NCBI GenBank assembly: GCA_965223545.1
Contig: OZ245006.1
Coordinates: 1,376,001-1,440,000, forward strand
Direction of reading: 5' to 3'
Origin: Planctomycetota bacterium
GTDB lineage: Bacteria > Planctomycetota > UBA1135 > UBA2386
DNA: 64,000 nucleotides
Of the stretch, positions 48,530 through 57,947 are shown piece after piece (positions within the stretch are counted from its first letter, which is position 1; each line of letters begins with the position of its first letter). The notes under the pieces were generated by a model that was given only the letters and a program-made list of their open reading frames with translations, ran no database searches and was not told the DNA's origin. A program made the position numbers and the translations under genes.

Positions 48530-48542
48530 ACGGAGCAACACG

Positions 48543-49577
48543 ATGCAAACCCGACGCTGGCAGCTGCACGACTTCGGCGAAAGCCACCTCCGGCTGGAGA
48601 CGGCTGCAATGCCGGAGCCCGGGCCGGGCGAGGTGCGCATCGCGGTGCGCGCCCTGAGCCTGAACTACCGCGACCTGCTCGTCATCCGCGGCCAGTACAA
48701 CCCTCACTTCGCCCTGCCGGCGACGCCGATCAGCGACGCCGCCGGGGTCATCGACGCGGTCGGCGAGGGAGTGGACCGCGACCGCTTGGGCGAGCGCGTG
48801 GCGACCCTGTTCGTCTCCGGCTGGCAGGACGGCCCGTTCTCGGCCTCACACCTCGCCACCACGCTCGGCCTGCCCGGACCGGGGGTGGCGGCCGAGCATG
48901 TCGTGCTGCCGGCGACGGCGGCGGTGCCGATCCCCAACGCGATCGATGACGGCGCGGCGTCGACCCTGCCCATCGCCGGCCTGACCGCGTGGACGGCGCT
49001 GTCGCAGCTGCCCACCGATACCGGAGACCCCACACCATTGCGCGGACGCACGGTCCTGACGCTGGGCACGGGCGGAGTGTCGGTGTTCGCCATCCAGCTC
49101 GGCACGGCGCTCGGCGCCCGCGTCTTGGTCACCAGCAGCAGCGATGCCAAGCTCGAACGGGCGCGGTCGCTCGGCGCAGAGCAGGGCTTCAACTACGCGC
49201 GCGAGCCGCGCTGGGACAAGGCCGTGCTCGCCGCCACCGGCGGCCACGGCGTCGACTTGGTGGTCGAGAACGGAGGAGCCGGCACGCTGAGCACCTCGCT
49301 GCGGTGCGCCCGCGCCGGCGGGCACATCGCCCTGCTCGGCGCGCTGACCGGGCTGCGCGCCGAGATCGACATCGCCCCCCTGGTGATGAAGCAGCTCTGT
49401 GTGCGCGGTGTCATGGTCAACCACCGGGCCGCGTTCGAGCGATTGATCGCTGTGGTGGCCGAGCGCGCGATCGCACCCGTGATCGAGACACGCTACTCGT
49501 TCGACGCGCTCCCGGCGGCGCTCGAGCACATTTCCAGCGGCCGCCACCTCGGCAAAATCGTCATCGACGTGGGCTGA
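48543..49577 (+). CDS. MDR-family NAD(P)-dependent alcohol dehydrogenase-like protein
   Basis: SLNYRD, PISDAAG, LGTGGVSVFA, HLGKIVI. Confidence 0.9.
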   Translation: MQTRRWQLHDFGESHLRLETAAMPEPGPGEVRIAVRALSLNYRDLLVIRGQYNPHFALPATPISDAAGVIDAVGEGVDRDRLGERVATLFVSGWQDGPFSASHLATTLGLPGPGVAAEHVVLPATAAVPIPNAIDDGAASTLPIAGLTAWTALSQLPTDTGDPTPLRGRTVLTLGTGGVSVFAIQLGTALGARVLVTSSSDAKLERARSLGAEQGFNYAREPRWDKAVLAATGGHGVDLVVENGGAGTLSTSLRCARAGGHIALLGALTGLRAEIDIAPLVMKQLCVRGVMVNHRAAFERLIAVVAERAIAPVIETRYSFDALPAALEHISSGRHLGKIVIDVG

Positions 49578-49706
49578 CGCAGGGCCGCGCGGACGATCCG
49601 ACAAAACTGGCACGCCGGGTGTTGATTCGAGTTCCTTCCTGCCGTGATCCCTCTCGGCAGGTCGACGGCACGCGCGCTGCGAGCTTGGCCTGCTCTCCGT
49701 CTCCCC

Positions 49707-51845
49707 ATGCTCTCCATCTGTCGTTCCTGGGTCGCGGTCGCCATCGTCGCGGCCGCCGCCCACGCCCAATCGTTCGTCACCCAGCCAGACACAGCCCCCC
49801 GCGGTGCGAGTGTGGGTGCGTACGATCCGATCCGGGCACGCGCTGTGGTTTGCAATCCACGCAACCCCAGCACCAAAGCGCAAACGTGGGAGTGGGATGG
49901 GGCCTGGTTGCCCCGGACCTACCAAGACCCCGGCGGCAGGGCGACGTTCGATCCGCTGGCTCGACACATCGTCGCCTTCAGTGGCACATACACTCTGATC
50001 TGGCAAGGCGAGCGGTGGAAGGGCGCCACTGCGCTGCAATCACCTTCGCCGAGGTCCGGGTTCGGGCTCTGTTTCGACCCCGTCCGCGGTCGGGTGATCC
50101 TGTTCGGCGGTAGCCGACGCGGCGGCGGCGCGATGTGGGAGTGGTACGGCAACACTTGGCTCGAAATCCAACCCTCGCTCACGCCGCGCACCCAGGTCGA
50201 CGTTTCGCTGGTTTGGGACGAGGCCCGCAACCGCGCCGTGCTGGTCGGCGGCGAGGCGGTCTCTCCAACCGAGGGGACCTGGGAGTGGGATGGCACCAAC
50301 TGGCGCCAGGCGTCGTGGTCCCGGCCGACCGCTGAGTACGGAGTGACCGCTTGGTTCGACCCCGTGCGGCGCCGCGTGATGGCCTACGGCGGCCGTTCGC
50401 CGTCGGCCGGAACGGTGGCAGGCTTGTCCGAGTGGACCGGGTCGACCTGGCGTCCGGTCGCGGGATCCATCGGTCCCCGAGACTCGATGGTGGCGATCCC
50501 AATCCCGGGCCAGCGGCGCACACTGTTGGTTGGCGGTGGCAGCGGGGTCGCGCCCAACCGCACCGAGTTCCACGACGTTTGGCAGTACGACGGCACGGCT
50601 TTCCGCAAGCTGAACGACCAGCCGCACTCGATGCCCCATTTGCAAGCTGTGTACGACGCATCGCGCGACGAGTCCATCGTCTTCGGCGTCGACGACAGCT
50701 CGAGCTCACAGAGCTCAGCGACCTGGCTTTGGGACGGCACTTGGCGGCGCAGTCGCAGCCCGGGCCCCAGCCTTCGCGCCCACCCCGGTCTCGCACACGA
50801 CCCGCTCCGGCGCACGACCGTGCTGTTCGGCGGGGAGCTGCCCAACTCGGGCGGCACCACGGTGTTCGCCGACACGTGGGAGTGGGGCGGGTTGGGGTGG
50901 CGGAAGTTCAGCCCGGCGACCTCGCCAAGCCCGCGCGCGGGCGCAGGCATGGTGTTCGACCAAACCCGGGGCCGCGTCATCCTGTACGGAGGCTACACCT
51001 GGTATGGCGCGGTCGCCAACGACACCTGGGAATGGGACGGGACCAACTGGCAACAGCTGGCCACGACCGGTCCGCTGCCACGCTCTGGGTCGTCCATGGC
51101 GTACGACCCGGTGCGCCGTCGGGCGGTGCTGTTCGGCAGCCGGAGAGGAATGACCGACACGTGGGAGTGGGACGGAACGCAGTGGCTGCAACGCATGCCG
51201 GCGACCACTCCCCCGGCCCTTACGTTTCCCCCGATGACCTACGACGCCGTCCTCGGCAAGGTCGTCATGGTCGGAGGAGGTCCCCTGAACGACATCTGGT
51301 ACTGGGACGGCTTCGACTGGTCGCCCGGCGGTCGAGTGGGATCGCGCTCCGTTCTCTTGTCGCCCTCGTCGCTCGTGCACGACCGCCGCCGCAGCCTCAC
51401 TTATCTGCTCGACCCCTCGCCCTACACAGGGTCGGCCCCGACGGTCTCCGTCCTCGGTAGCCCCGCCGCGAGCACGGCGGCGATGTCGGTGTGCGCTCTC
51501 CCGGGACCGCGCTTGGTCCCCATCGACCAACCACGCGTTTCGGGCAGTCGGATCACGCTCGATCTGTACGGCGGCCTCGCCAACGCGCCCGCTGTGATGG
51601 TGTTCTCCGGTGCACGCGCCAGCCTGCCGTGGGGCAACTGTTCGATCGCCATCGATTGGACCGGCCGCTTTGCGGATGCGTTGATCGGCCTGGGGCAAAC
51701 TGGCTTCGGCACACTGCCGCTGCGGATCCCGCGCGCCCCGACACTTGCCGGCGCAGCCGTGCACGTGCAGGGCTTCAGCTGGGACCCCGCCGCGCCGTTC
51801 TCGATCCAACCCAGCGGTGTCGTCGATCTGAATTTCGGCTACTGA
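49707..51845 (+). CDS. Secreted kelch-like beta-propeller protein with C-terminal shared domain
   Basis: Signal peptide; repeated YDxxRxxxxLFGG...TWEWDG units. Confidence 0.85.
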   Translation: MLSICRSWVAVAIVAAAAHAQSFVTQPDTAPRGASVGAYDPIRARAVVCNPRNPSTKAQTWEWDGAWLPRTYQDPGGRATFDPLARHIVAFSGTYTLIWQGERWKGATALQSPSPRSGFGLCFDPVRGRVILFGGSRRGGGAMWEWYGNTWLEIQPSLTPRTQVDVSLVWDEARNRAVLVGGEAVSPTEGTWEWDGTNWRQASWSRPTAEYGVTAWFDPVRRRVMAYGGRSPSAGTVAGLSEWTGSTWRPVAGSIGPRDSMVAIPIPGQRRTLLVGGGSGVAPNRTEFHDVWQYDGTAFRKLNDQPHSMPHLQAVYDASRDESIVFGVDDSSSSQSSATWLWDGTWRRSRSPGPSLRAHPGLAHDPLRRTTVLFGGELPNSGGTTVFADTWEWGGLGWRKFSPATSPSPRAGAGMVFDQTRGRVILYGGYTWYGAVANDTWEWDGTNWQQLATTGPLPRSGSSMAYDPVRRRAVLFGSRRGMTDTWEWDGTQWLQRMPATTPPALTFPPMTYDAVLGKVVMVGGGPLNDIWYWDGFDWSPGGRVGSRSVLLSPSSLVHDRRRSLTYLLDPSPYTGSAPTVSVLGSPAASTAAMSVCALPGPRLVPIDQPRVSGSRITLDLYGGLANAPAVMVFSGARASLPWGNCSIAIDWTGRFADALIGLGQTGFGTLPLRIPRAPTLAGAAVHVQGFSWDPAAPFSIQPSGVVDLNFGY

Positions 51846-51873
51846 ACGCGCCCCGCGGTGGTCGCCGCTGGGC

Positions 51874-53157
51874 TCAGCCTGCGGGTCCGCGGCGGGAACC
51901 GCCATCGCCGACGCCGGATGGCTCCGGGGCCTCGGCTTCGACCTCGTCGTCGTCGTCGCGTCCCTCGGCCGGCTTGGCGCTGGCGGGCTCGCGGGCGGTG
52001 CGCACCCACTCGCTGTCTCCACCGGCAGCGCGCAGCACACCGCCGATCATGCGCAGCTTCCACAGCATGTAGAGCGGTGCCGCGGCCACGGCGCGCAGGT
52101 CGCCCCAACCGCCGCCGCCCACCGCGATCGAGACGCCGACGTGCAGGGCGACCACCGCGAGGCCGATCAGCGCGTAGACCTGGGTGGCGAAGAACGGCAC
52201 CAACAACGCCAGCAGGAGCAAGCCGACATGCAACGCCAACGGTGGCAGCAGCAGGTCGGCCGTGGGCTCGAGCAGGTGCCACTTTTTGGCGCGCAGATCG
52301 GCGAGCAGACCCGGCAGCTGCGCCCGCGCCACTGCCAACCGGCCCCCTTCCCAACGCGCGCGCTGGCTGCTGGCAGCCGCGACCGAGGCCGGCATCTCGC
52401 TGCGTACCGCGGTTTCGTCGACGAACCGCACCCGCCGGCCGGCGCGCACCAGCCGCAGATGGTACTCGAGGTCCTCGACGATCGAGCGGGCGCCGTACGG
52501 AACTTCGCGCAGGATCGCGCGGCTCAGGGCAAAGCCGTTGCCCAGCACGCCAGCCGACAATCCGAGCCGGTCGCGGCCGCGCGGGCGGACCACGTTCATG
52601 CCGGCGAACGCGACCCGCATCAGCCGCGTGCGCAGGCTGCGGTCGCCGTCGGCGGTGAGGTAACGCACCTGCGCGGCCTCGGCACCGCTGGCGAACGCCC
52701 GCCGCAGCGCCTCGAAGAAGTCGATCTCCACCACGGTGTCGGCATCGACGACGACGTAGATGTCGTGGCTCTCGCGCCAGATCTCGCGGAAGGCGTAGTC
52801 GAGGGCGTAGCCCTTGCCGCGCCGCTCTGGATCGTCGCGCACCAAGACCCGGGCGCCAGCGCGCTCGGCCTCCGCGGCGGTCTCGTCGGTGCAGTTGTCG
52901 GCGACGACGACGATGTCGACGCCTTCGGCGGCGCCGTCACAGGTGATCAGGCTCTGCACCGTGCGCGCGATGCCACCGGCCTCGTCGTGCGCGGGCACGA
53001 CCACGGCCAGCCGCAGCTTGCGCGGGTCGCGCGGCACCGCCGACACCACGCGCGGCGCCGCACGCCATCCCGCGACCGTCAGGATCCACAGCTCGACCGT
53101 GCCGACCACGGTCAGCAGCAGCAGCCCCACCCCCAACAACGCCCAGATCACCGCCAC
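51874..53157 (-). CDS. Membrane GT2 glycosyltransferase
   Basis: VPAHDE, ADNCTD, GKGYAL, VDAD, EDLE, QRARW. Confidence 0.9.
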   Translation of the reverse strand: MAVIWALLGVGLLLLTVVGTVELWILTVAGWRAAPRVVSAVPRDPRKLRLAVVVPAHDEAGGIARTVQSLITCDGAAEGVDIVVVADNCTDETAAEAERAGARVLVRDDPERRGKGYALDYAFREIWRESHDIYVVVDADTVVEIDFFEALRRAFASGAEAAQVRYLTADGDRSLRTRLMRVAFAGMNVVRPRGRDRLGLSAGVLGNGFALSRAILREVPYGARSIVEDLEYHLRLVRAGRRVRFVDETAVRSEMPASVAAASSQRARWEGGRLAVARAQLPGLLADLRAKKWHLLEPTADLLLPPLALHVGLLLLALLVPFFATQVYALIGLAVVALHVGVSIAVGGGGWGDLRAVAAAPLYMLWKLRMIGGVLRAAGGDSEWVRTAREPASAKPAEGRDDDDEVEAEAPEPSGVGDGGSRRGPAG

Positions 53158-53287
53158 AGCTACCCGCTTCCCCCTCTTGGTTTCGACCGTTCGGCCCCGG
53201 TTTCCTCACCCCGACCGCGCACGACCGCCGCGGTCCGCCAAACCCCCGGCCGCACCGGCGCCAGCGCGCTGCTGCAGCGGCGCGCGT

Positions 53288-53869
53288 TCACACCGCTTCT
53301 CCATCGATCCAGCGCGGGACCCGCCGCGGGCGCGACGCGCACATCGCGTCGAGCAAGGGCCCGGGCTCCGCGTCGCGCAGCAACAGCGCTCGATGCGCGG
53401 AGGCGACGAACCCCTGCGCCGCGGCCTGGTCCAGAAGCTGCACCAGCGGTGCCCAGTAGCCGGCGACGTCGAGCAGCGCACACGGCTTGCCGTGCATGCC
53501 GAGCTGCGCCCAGGTCAGCACCTCGAGAATCTCCTCGAACGTGCCGAGCCCTCCGGGCATCGCCACGAAGCCGTCGGCGAGGTCGAACATCATCTTCTTG
53601 CGCGCGTGCATGCTGTGCACCACGTGCAGCTCGGTGAGGCCGTCGTGCGCCACCTCGAGAGCCGCCAGCTGCTCGGGAATCACGCCGATCGCTTCACCGC
53701 CGGCGGCCAGCACGGCGTCGGCAACGGCCCCCATCAACCCGATGTCGCCACCGCCGTACACCAAGCCCAGGTCGCGGGCGACGAGCTCCGCCGCCAGACC
53801 GCGGGCACCGGCGAGGTAGACCGGATCCGTCCCGGGGCTCGAGCCGCAGAACACACATACGCGCCGCAT
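53288..53869 (-). CDS. LOG-family nucleotide phosphoribohydrolase (TIGR00730)
   Basis: VFCGSSPG, VYGGG..GLMG, PGGLGTFEE. Confidence 0.93.
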   Translation of the reverse strand: MRRVCVFCGSSPGTDPVYLAGARGLAAELVARDLGLVYGGGDIGLMGAVADAVLAAGGEAIGVIPEQLAALEVAHDGLTELHVVHSMHARKKMMFDLADGFVAMPGGLGTFEEILEVLTWAQLGMHGKPCALLDVAGYWAPLVQLLDQAAAQGFVASAHRALLLRDAEPGPLLDAMCASRPRRVPRWIDGEAV

Positions 53870-53924
53870 CACGGCACCGCATTCTACGGTGGCGCGGGAC
53901 GAGGATCACCATTGAGCGCCCGAC

Positions 53925-54401
53925 TCAGCCGGAGGCGGCAGCGTCTTCCAACCGCGCCCGCGCCCACCCCTCGCTGGGCATCCGCAGCAGGATCAGCAGC
54001 ACCGCGAGGCCAGCGGCACCCGCACCGACGACGTGGCCGGTGAGCAAGTGCGTCAGCGCGCCGAGCAACCCGAAGCCCTCGAACATGGCCGCGCCGACCA
54101 GTGGTCCGGCGAACAGCTCGCTGGGCAGCTGGCCGGCATCCAGCTCGGCCTGGGCCGCCTCGCGCCGGCCGGCGACGCGGCGCGCGATCACGCCCGGCAG
54201 CACCAGGCCGGCGGGGATCGTCACGAACGCCGCGGCGGCCAACACCCAGAGCATCTGCCGGCGCAGCCCGTCGCTTCGTTCCAACGGCACGATCCCGCTC
54301 AAGGAGACCGCCAGCAGAAGGCCGACACCGGCGGCCAACGCGCAGAACACGATCCTCACCGCAGTCCAGGGGATCGCCGTCGGCGAGCGCTGGCCATTCA
54401 T
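53925..54401 (-). CDS. Hypothetical 4-TM membrane protein
   Basis: Four hydrophobic segments; directly downstream of the ECF sigma. Confidence 0.65.
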   Translation of the reverse strand: MNGQRSPTAIPWTAVRIVFCALAAGVGLLLAVSLSGIVPLERSDGLRRQMLWVLAAAAFVTIPAGLVLPGVIARRVAGRREAAQAELDAGQLPSELFAGPLVGAAMFEGFGLLGALTHLLTGHVVGAGAAGLAVLLILLRMPSEGWARARLEDAAASG

Positions 54402-54412
54402 GACCGCCACAG

Positions 54413-55030
54413 TTAGCGCTCCGGCTCGCTCGGATCCAGCGGCTCGCGCGCGCCTTGTTGTCGCATGCCGTCGAGGATCGTCTCCAGCCGCACCAGGCCC
54501 CGGCGCAGCAGCTGCCGGCAGTTGGCCTCGCTGAGACCGAGCTGGGTCGCGATGTCCTTGTGCGGCAAGCCGACGATGCGCGCCAGAGTGATCACCTCGC
54601 GCTGCTGCTCCGGCAGCCGCTCGAACGCCGCCTCGATCCGCGCCATCTCCTCCGCCGACGCCGCGTGCACGCTCGGCGTGGTCACCGTCGCGTACAGATC
54701 CACCACGGCCGCGGCCGAATCGGCGCCGGCCTGCATCCGCACTTCGCGCGCGACGTCGCGCGCCTGCGCGCGGTGATACCGGTCGCGCTCGGTCAGCTTG
54801 CGCAACGCCGCGGTGTAGAGCCAGTTGCGGAACTGGGCCTCGCCCTGGTAGTCGAACCGGGCCTCGCCCTCGAGCAGCTCGCGGCAGATCGACTGCAGCA
54901 AGTCCGACTGCGACTCCCGATCCCGAATGGCCTTGGCCGTGCGCAGCCGCACGAACGCCCGCAGCGCGGGCAGGTGGCGCTCCAGCAGCGCTTCGATTGC
55001 CGGGGGAGGGTCGGCTGACGGATCGGTCAT
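54413..55030 (-). CDS. ECF sigma factor
   Basis: LRAFVRLR, SDLLQS, FRNWL, LPEQQREVITL...GL...IA..LG.SEANCRQLLRRG. Confidence 0.9.
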   Translation of the reverse strand: MTDPSADPPPAIEALLERHLPALRAFVRLRTAKAIRDRESQSDLLQSICRELLEGEARFDYQGEAQFRNWLYTAALRKLTERDRYHRAQARDVAREVRMQAGADSAAAVVDLYATVTTPSVHAASAEEMARIEAAFERLPEQQREVITLARIVGLPHKDIATQLGLSEANCRQLLRRGLVRLETILDGMRQQGAREPLDPSEPER

Positions 55031-55141
55031 GGCGGGGGCGCCGCCGACGGCGGCCAAAGGAGATTCTAACCGGTGCGCTCGCTCCCCCGCGACGGCGGCC
55101 TATCTTGGCAGCGACTCGCCAACCGTTCGAAACGACGCACC

Positions 55142-56995
55142 ATGCTCGATGCTGCTGCTCCACGGCCCTCGGCCGCAGTTCTTCTCCCCGCCATCGCCGG
55201 CGTCGCGCTCGCGGCGGCGCTTGCCGGCCAAGACAAGGCCGCCCCGGTGTTCGTCGAGGGCCAGGCACAGGTGGTGCCCGCGTTCTCCGACCGCGACCAG
55301 TGGATCCGGCACGATCTCTGGGTGGAGACGGAGTTCGACAGTGACGGCGACCGGCGCCCCGACCGCATGCACGTCTGCGTCACGCGCCAAGCGCAGACCG
55401 ACAGCGAGGGGTTGCGCGTGCCGGTGATCTACGAGACCAGCCCCTACTTCTCCGGCGTCGGCAGCACCGACTCGCAGTACTTCTGGAACCCGCGGCACGA
55501 GCTCGGGGAGAAGCCGCCGGCGCGCGGCAAGATGCCGCCGGTACCGTTCACGGAGCGCCGGCCCGTGATCTCCAACTCGCTGGTCCGCACTTGGGTGCCG
55601 CGCGGCTTCGCGGTCGTGCACTCCGCGTCACCCGGCACCGGCCTGTCGCAGGGCTGCCCGACGGTCGGCGGCGACAACGAGTCGCTGGCGCCCAAGGCGG
55701 TGATCGACTGGCTCAACGGCCGCGCCAAGGGCTTCACCAAACCGCGCGGCGGCAAGCCCGTCGAAGCCTACTGGTGCACCGGCAAGGTCGGTATGGCCGG
55801 GACCTCCTACAACGGCACGCTGCCGATCGCCGCCGCGACCACCGGCGTCGACGGCCTCGAGGCGATCATCCCGGTCGCCCCCAACACCTCGTACTACCAC
55901 TACTACCGCTCCCACGGCTTGGTGCGCCATCCCGGCGGCTACATGGGCGAGGACATCGACGTCCTCTACGACTTCATCAACAGCGGCGACCCCAAGCGGC
56001 GCAAGCACTGCAATCAGAAGGTGCGCGACGACGAGCTGCGGGCGCAGCAGGACCGGCTGACCGGCGACTACAACGAGTTCTGGGCCGGCCGCGACTACAA
56101 GAACAAGCTGGGCCGCTACAAAGCGGCCACGTTGATGGCACACGCGTTCAACGACTGGAACGTGATGCCCGAGCACAGTGTGCGCATCTACGCCGCCCTG
56201 AAGGCCAACGACGTGCCGGTGATGGCGTATTTCCACCAGCGCGACCACGGCGGCGACCCGCCGCTTTCGCTGATGAACCGCTGGTTCACGCGCTACCTCT
56301 ACGGCATCGAGAACGGCGTCGAGAACGACCCGCGCGGCTGGATCGTGCGCGAGTACGACCGCGGCAGTCAGCCCACCGCGTACCCGGACTATCCGCATCC
56401 GGACGCCGAGGACGTCATCTTGTACCCGGGAGCCGGCGGCGCGGCGCGCGGCACGCTCACCTCCGAGCGCGCGGCCGGCCAGGGCACCGAGAGCCTCACC
56501 GACGACGTGTCCATCGACGGCGCGCGGCTGGCGCAGGCCGAGCGCAGCGAGCACCGCTTGCTGTACGCGACGGCGCCGCTCGAGCAACCGCTGCACATCT
56601 CGGGCACACCGCGCCTCACCCTGCGCCTCTCCGCCGACCGGCCGGCGGTCAACCTGTCGGTGTGGCTGGTGTCGCTGCCGTGGGCGGAGAGACCGCGCCG
56701 GATCACCGAGAACGTCATCACGCGCGGCTGGGCAGATCCGCAAAACCACGCGGGGCTGGAGCAGAGCGAACGCCTGGTGCCGGGCGAGTTCTACGAGCTG
56801 ACGTTCGACCTGCAGCCGGACGACCAGATCATCCAACCGGGCCAGCGCATCGGCCTGATGGTGTTCTCGAGCGACCGCGACTTCACGCTGTGGCCCGATC
56901 CGGGCGCCGTGTTGACCATCGATCTGGAGCACACCGCGCTTTCCCTGCCGGTGGTCGGCGGCGCGGATGCGTGGGCCGGCGCGTTCGGACGTTGA
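55142..56995 (+). CDS. Xaa-Pro dipeptidyl-peptidase (S15/CocE-NonD family), secreted
   Basis: Nucleophile motif GTSYNG; SPYF, KAVIDWLNGRA, DWNV; C-terminal TRGWADP. Confidence 0.9.
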   Translation: MLDAAAPRPSAAVLLPAIAGVALAAALAGQDKAAPVFVEGQAQVVPAFSDRDQWIRHDLWVETEFDSDGDRRPDRMHVCVTRQAQTDSEGLRVPVIYETSPYFSGVGSTDSQYFWNPRHELGEKPPARGKMPPVPFTERRPVISNSLVRTWVPRGFAVVHSASPGTGLSQGCPTVGGDNESLAPKAVIDWLNGRAKGFTKPRGGKPVEAYWCTGKVGMAGTSYNGTLPIAAATTGVDGLEAIIPVAPNTSYYHYYRSHGLVRHPGGYMGEDIDVLYDFINSGDPKRRKHCNQKVRDDELRAQQDRLTGDYNEFWAGRDYKNKLGRYKAATLMAHAFNDWNVMPEHSVRIYAALKANDVPVMAYFHQRDHGGDPPLSLMNRWFTRYLYGIENGVENDPRGWIVREYDRGSQPTAYPDYPHPDAEDVILYPGAGGAARGTLTSERAAGQGTESLTDDVSIDGARLAQAERSEHRLLYATAPLEQPLHISGTPRLTLRLSADRPAVNLSVWLVSLPWAERPRRITENVITRGWADPQNHAGLEQSERLVPGEFYELTFDLQPDDQIIQPGQRIGLMVFSSDRDFTLWPDPGAVLTIDLEHTALSLPVVGGADAWAGAFGR

Positions 56996-57017
56996 TTCCC
57001 GCGGGACGCCGGCCGCG

Positions 57018-57947
57018 TCAGGGCGCCAGGAACAGCACCGCCGCGCCGGCGACCGCCAGTACCGTGCCGCCGACCGCGGCGACCCCGAGCCGCGCGCCGT
57101 GGTAGCGCCAGGCGATGGGCAGCATGAAGATCGGCGGCAGCGACATCAGCGCGGCCGCGACGCCGGCTGCCGCGTGCTGCACCGCGACGAGCGACAGCCA
57201 CACACCGAGAGTCGGCCCGAACAGGACGCCGACCAGCGTCGCGCTCATCGCGCGGCGATCGCGCAGGGCGCCGCCGACGACGCGCGCGCGGCGGGCGCCG
57301 ACGACCAGCAGCGCGGCGCCGACTCCCGCAGCCGCCATGCGCACCAGCGTGGCCTGTAGCGGCGTCGACGCTGCGTCGGCGGCACCGTCGGGCAACCCAC
57401 GCATCGCCAGCTTGGCCAGCACCAGCCCGCTGGCTTGACCGACGGCGCCGAGCAGACCCGCGGCGACGGCCCAGCGCAGTGCCCGCGCTTCGATCGGCGG
57501 TCCCCAGCCCCGGTCGCGTTGGCCGCGCATCAACACCAGGGCGACGCCGCCCAGCACCATCGCCATGCCGAGCAGCGCGCCGGGCCCGAGCCCTTCCCCC
57601 AGCACCGGCCACGCCAGCAGGGCACACGGCACCGGCCACGTCGCCATCAACAGCGTGCCGAGGCGGGGACCGAGCGTGCCGATGCAATGGAAGTAGCACC
57701 AGTCGCCCAAGGTGAGGCCGAGCAGGCCGGACGCCACCAACAGCCCGTGCGCCTCGCCGCCGAAGGCGGGCCACCACACGCCGGCAAACACGCGATGCGC
57801 GACGAGCAAGACCGCGACGGCGGCGACGATGCGAATCTGGTTGACCGCGAGTGCGCCGACCCGCCGCGTCGCCGCGGCGAAGCCGAGGCTGCAGAGCGTC
57901 CACGACAGCGACGTCGACACCGCTGCCAGCTCGCCGAGGTGGTTCAT
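57018..57947 (-). CDS. DMT/EamA family transporter
   Basis: About ten TM helices in two EamA-like halves; ATGA coupling to upstream gene. Confidence 0.88.
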   Translation of the reverse strand: MNHLGELAAVSTSLSWTLCSLGFAAATRRVGALAVNQIRIVAAVAVLLVAHRVFAGVWWPAFGGEAHGLLVASGLLGLTLGDWCYFHCIGTLGPRLGTLLMATWPVPCALLAWPVLGEGLGPGALLGMAMVLGGVALVLMRGQRDRGWGPPIEARALRWAVAAGLLGAVGQASGLVLAKLAMRGLPDGAADAASTPLQATLVRMAAAGVGAALLVVGARRARVVGGALRDRRAMSATLVGVLFGPTLGVWLSLVAVQHAAAGVAAALMSLPPIFMLPIAWRYHGARLGVAAVGGTVLAVAGAAVLFLAP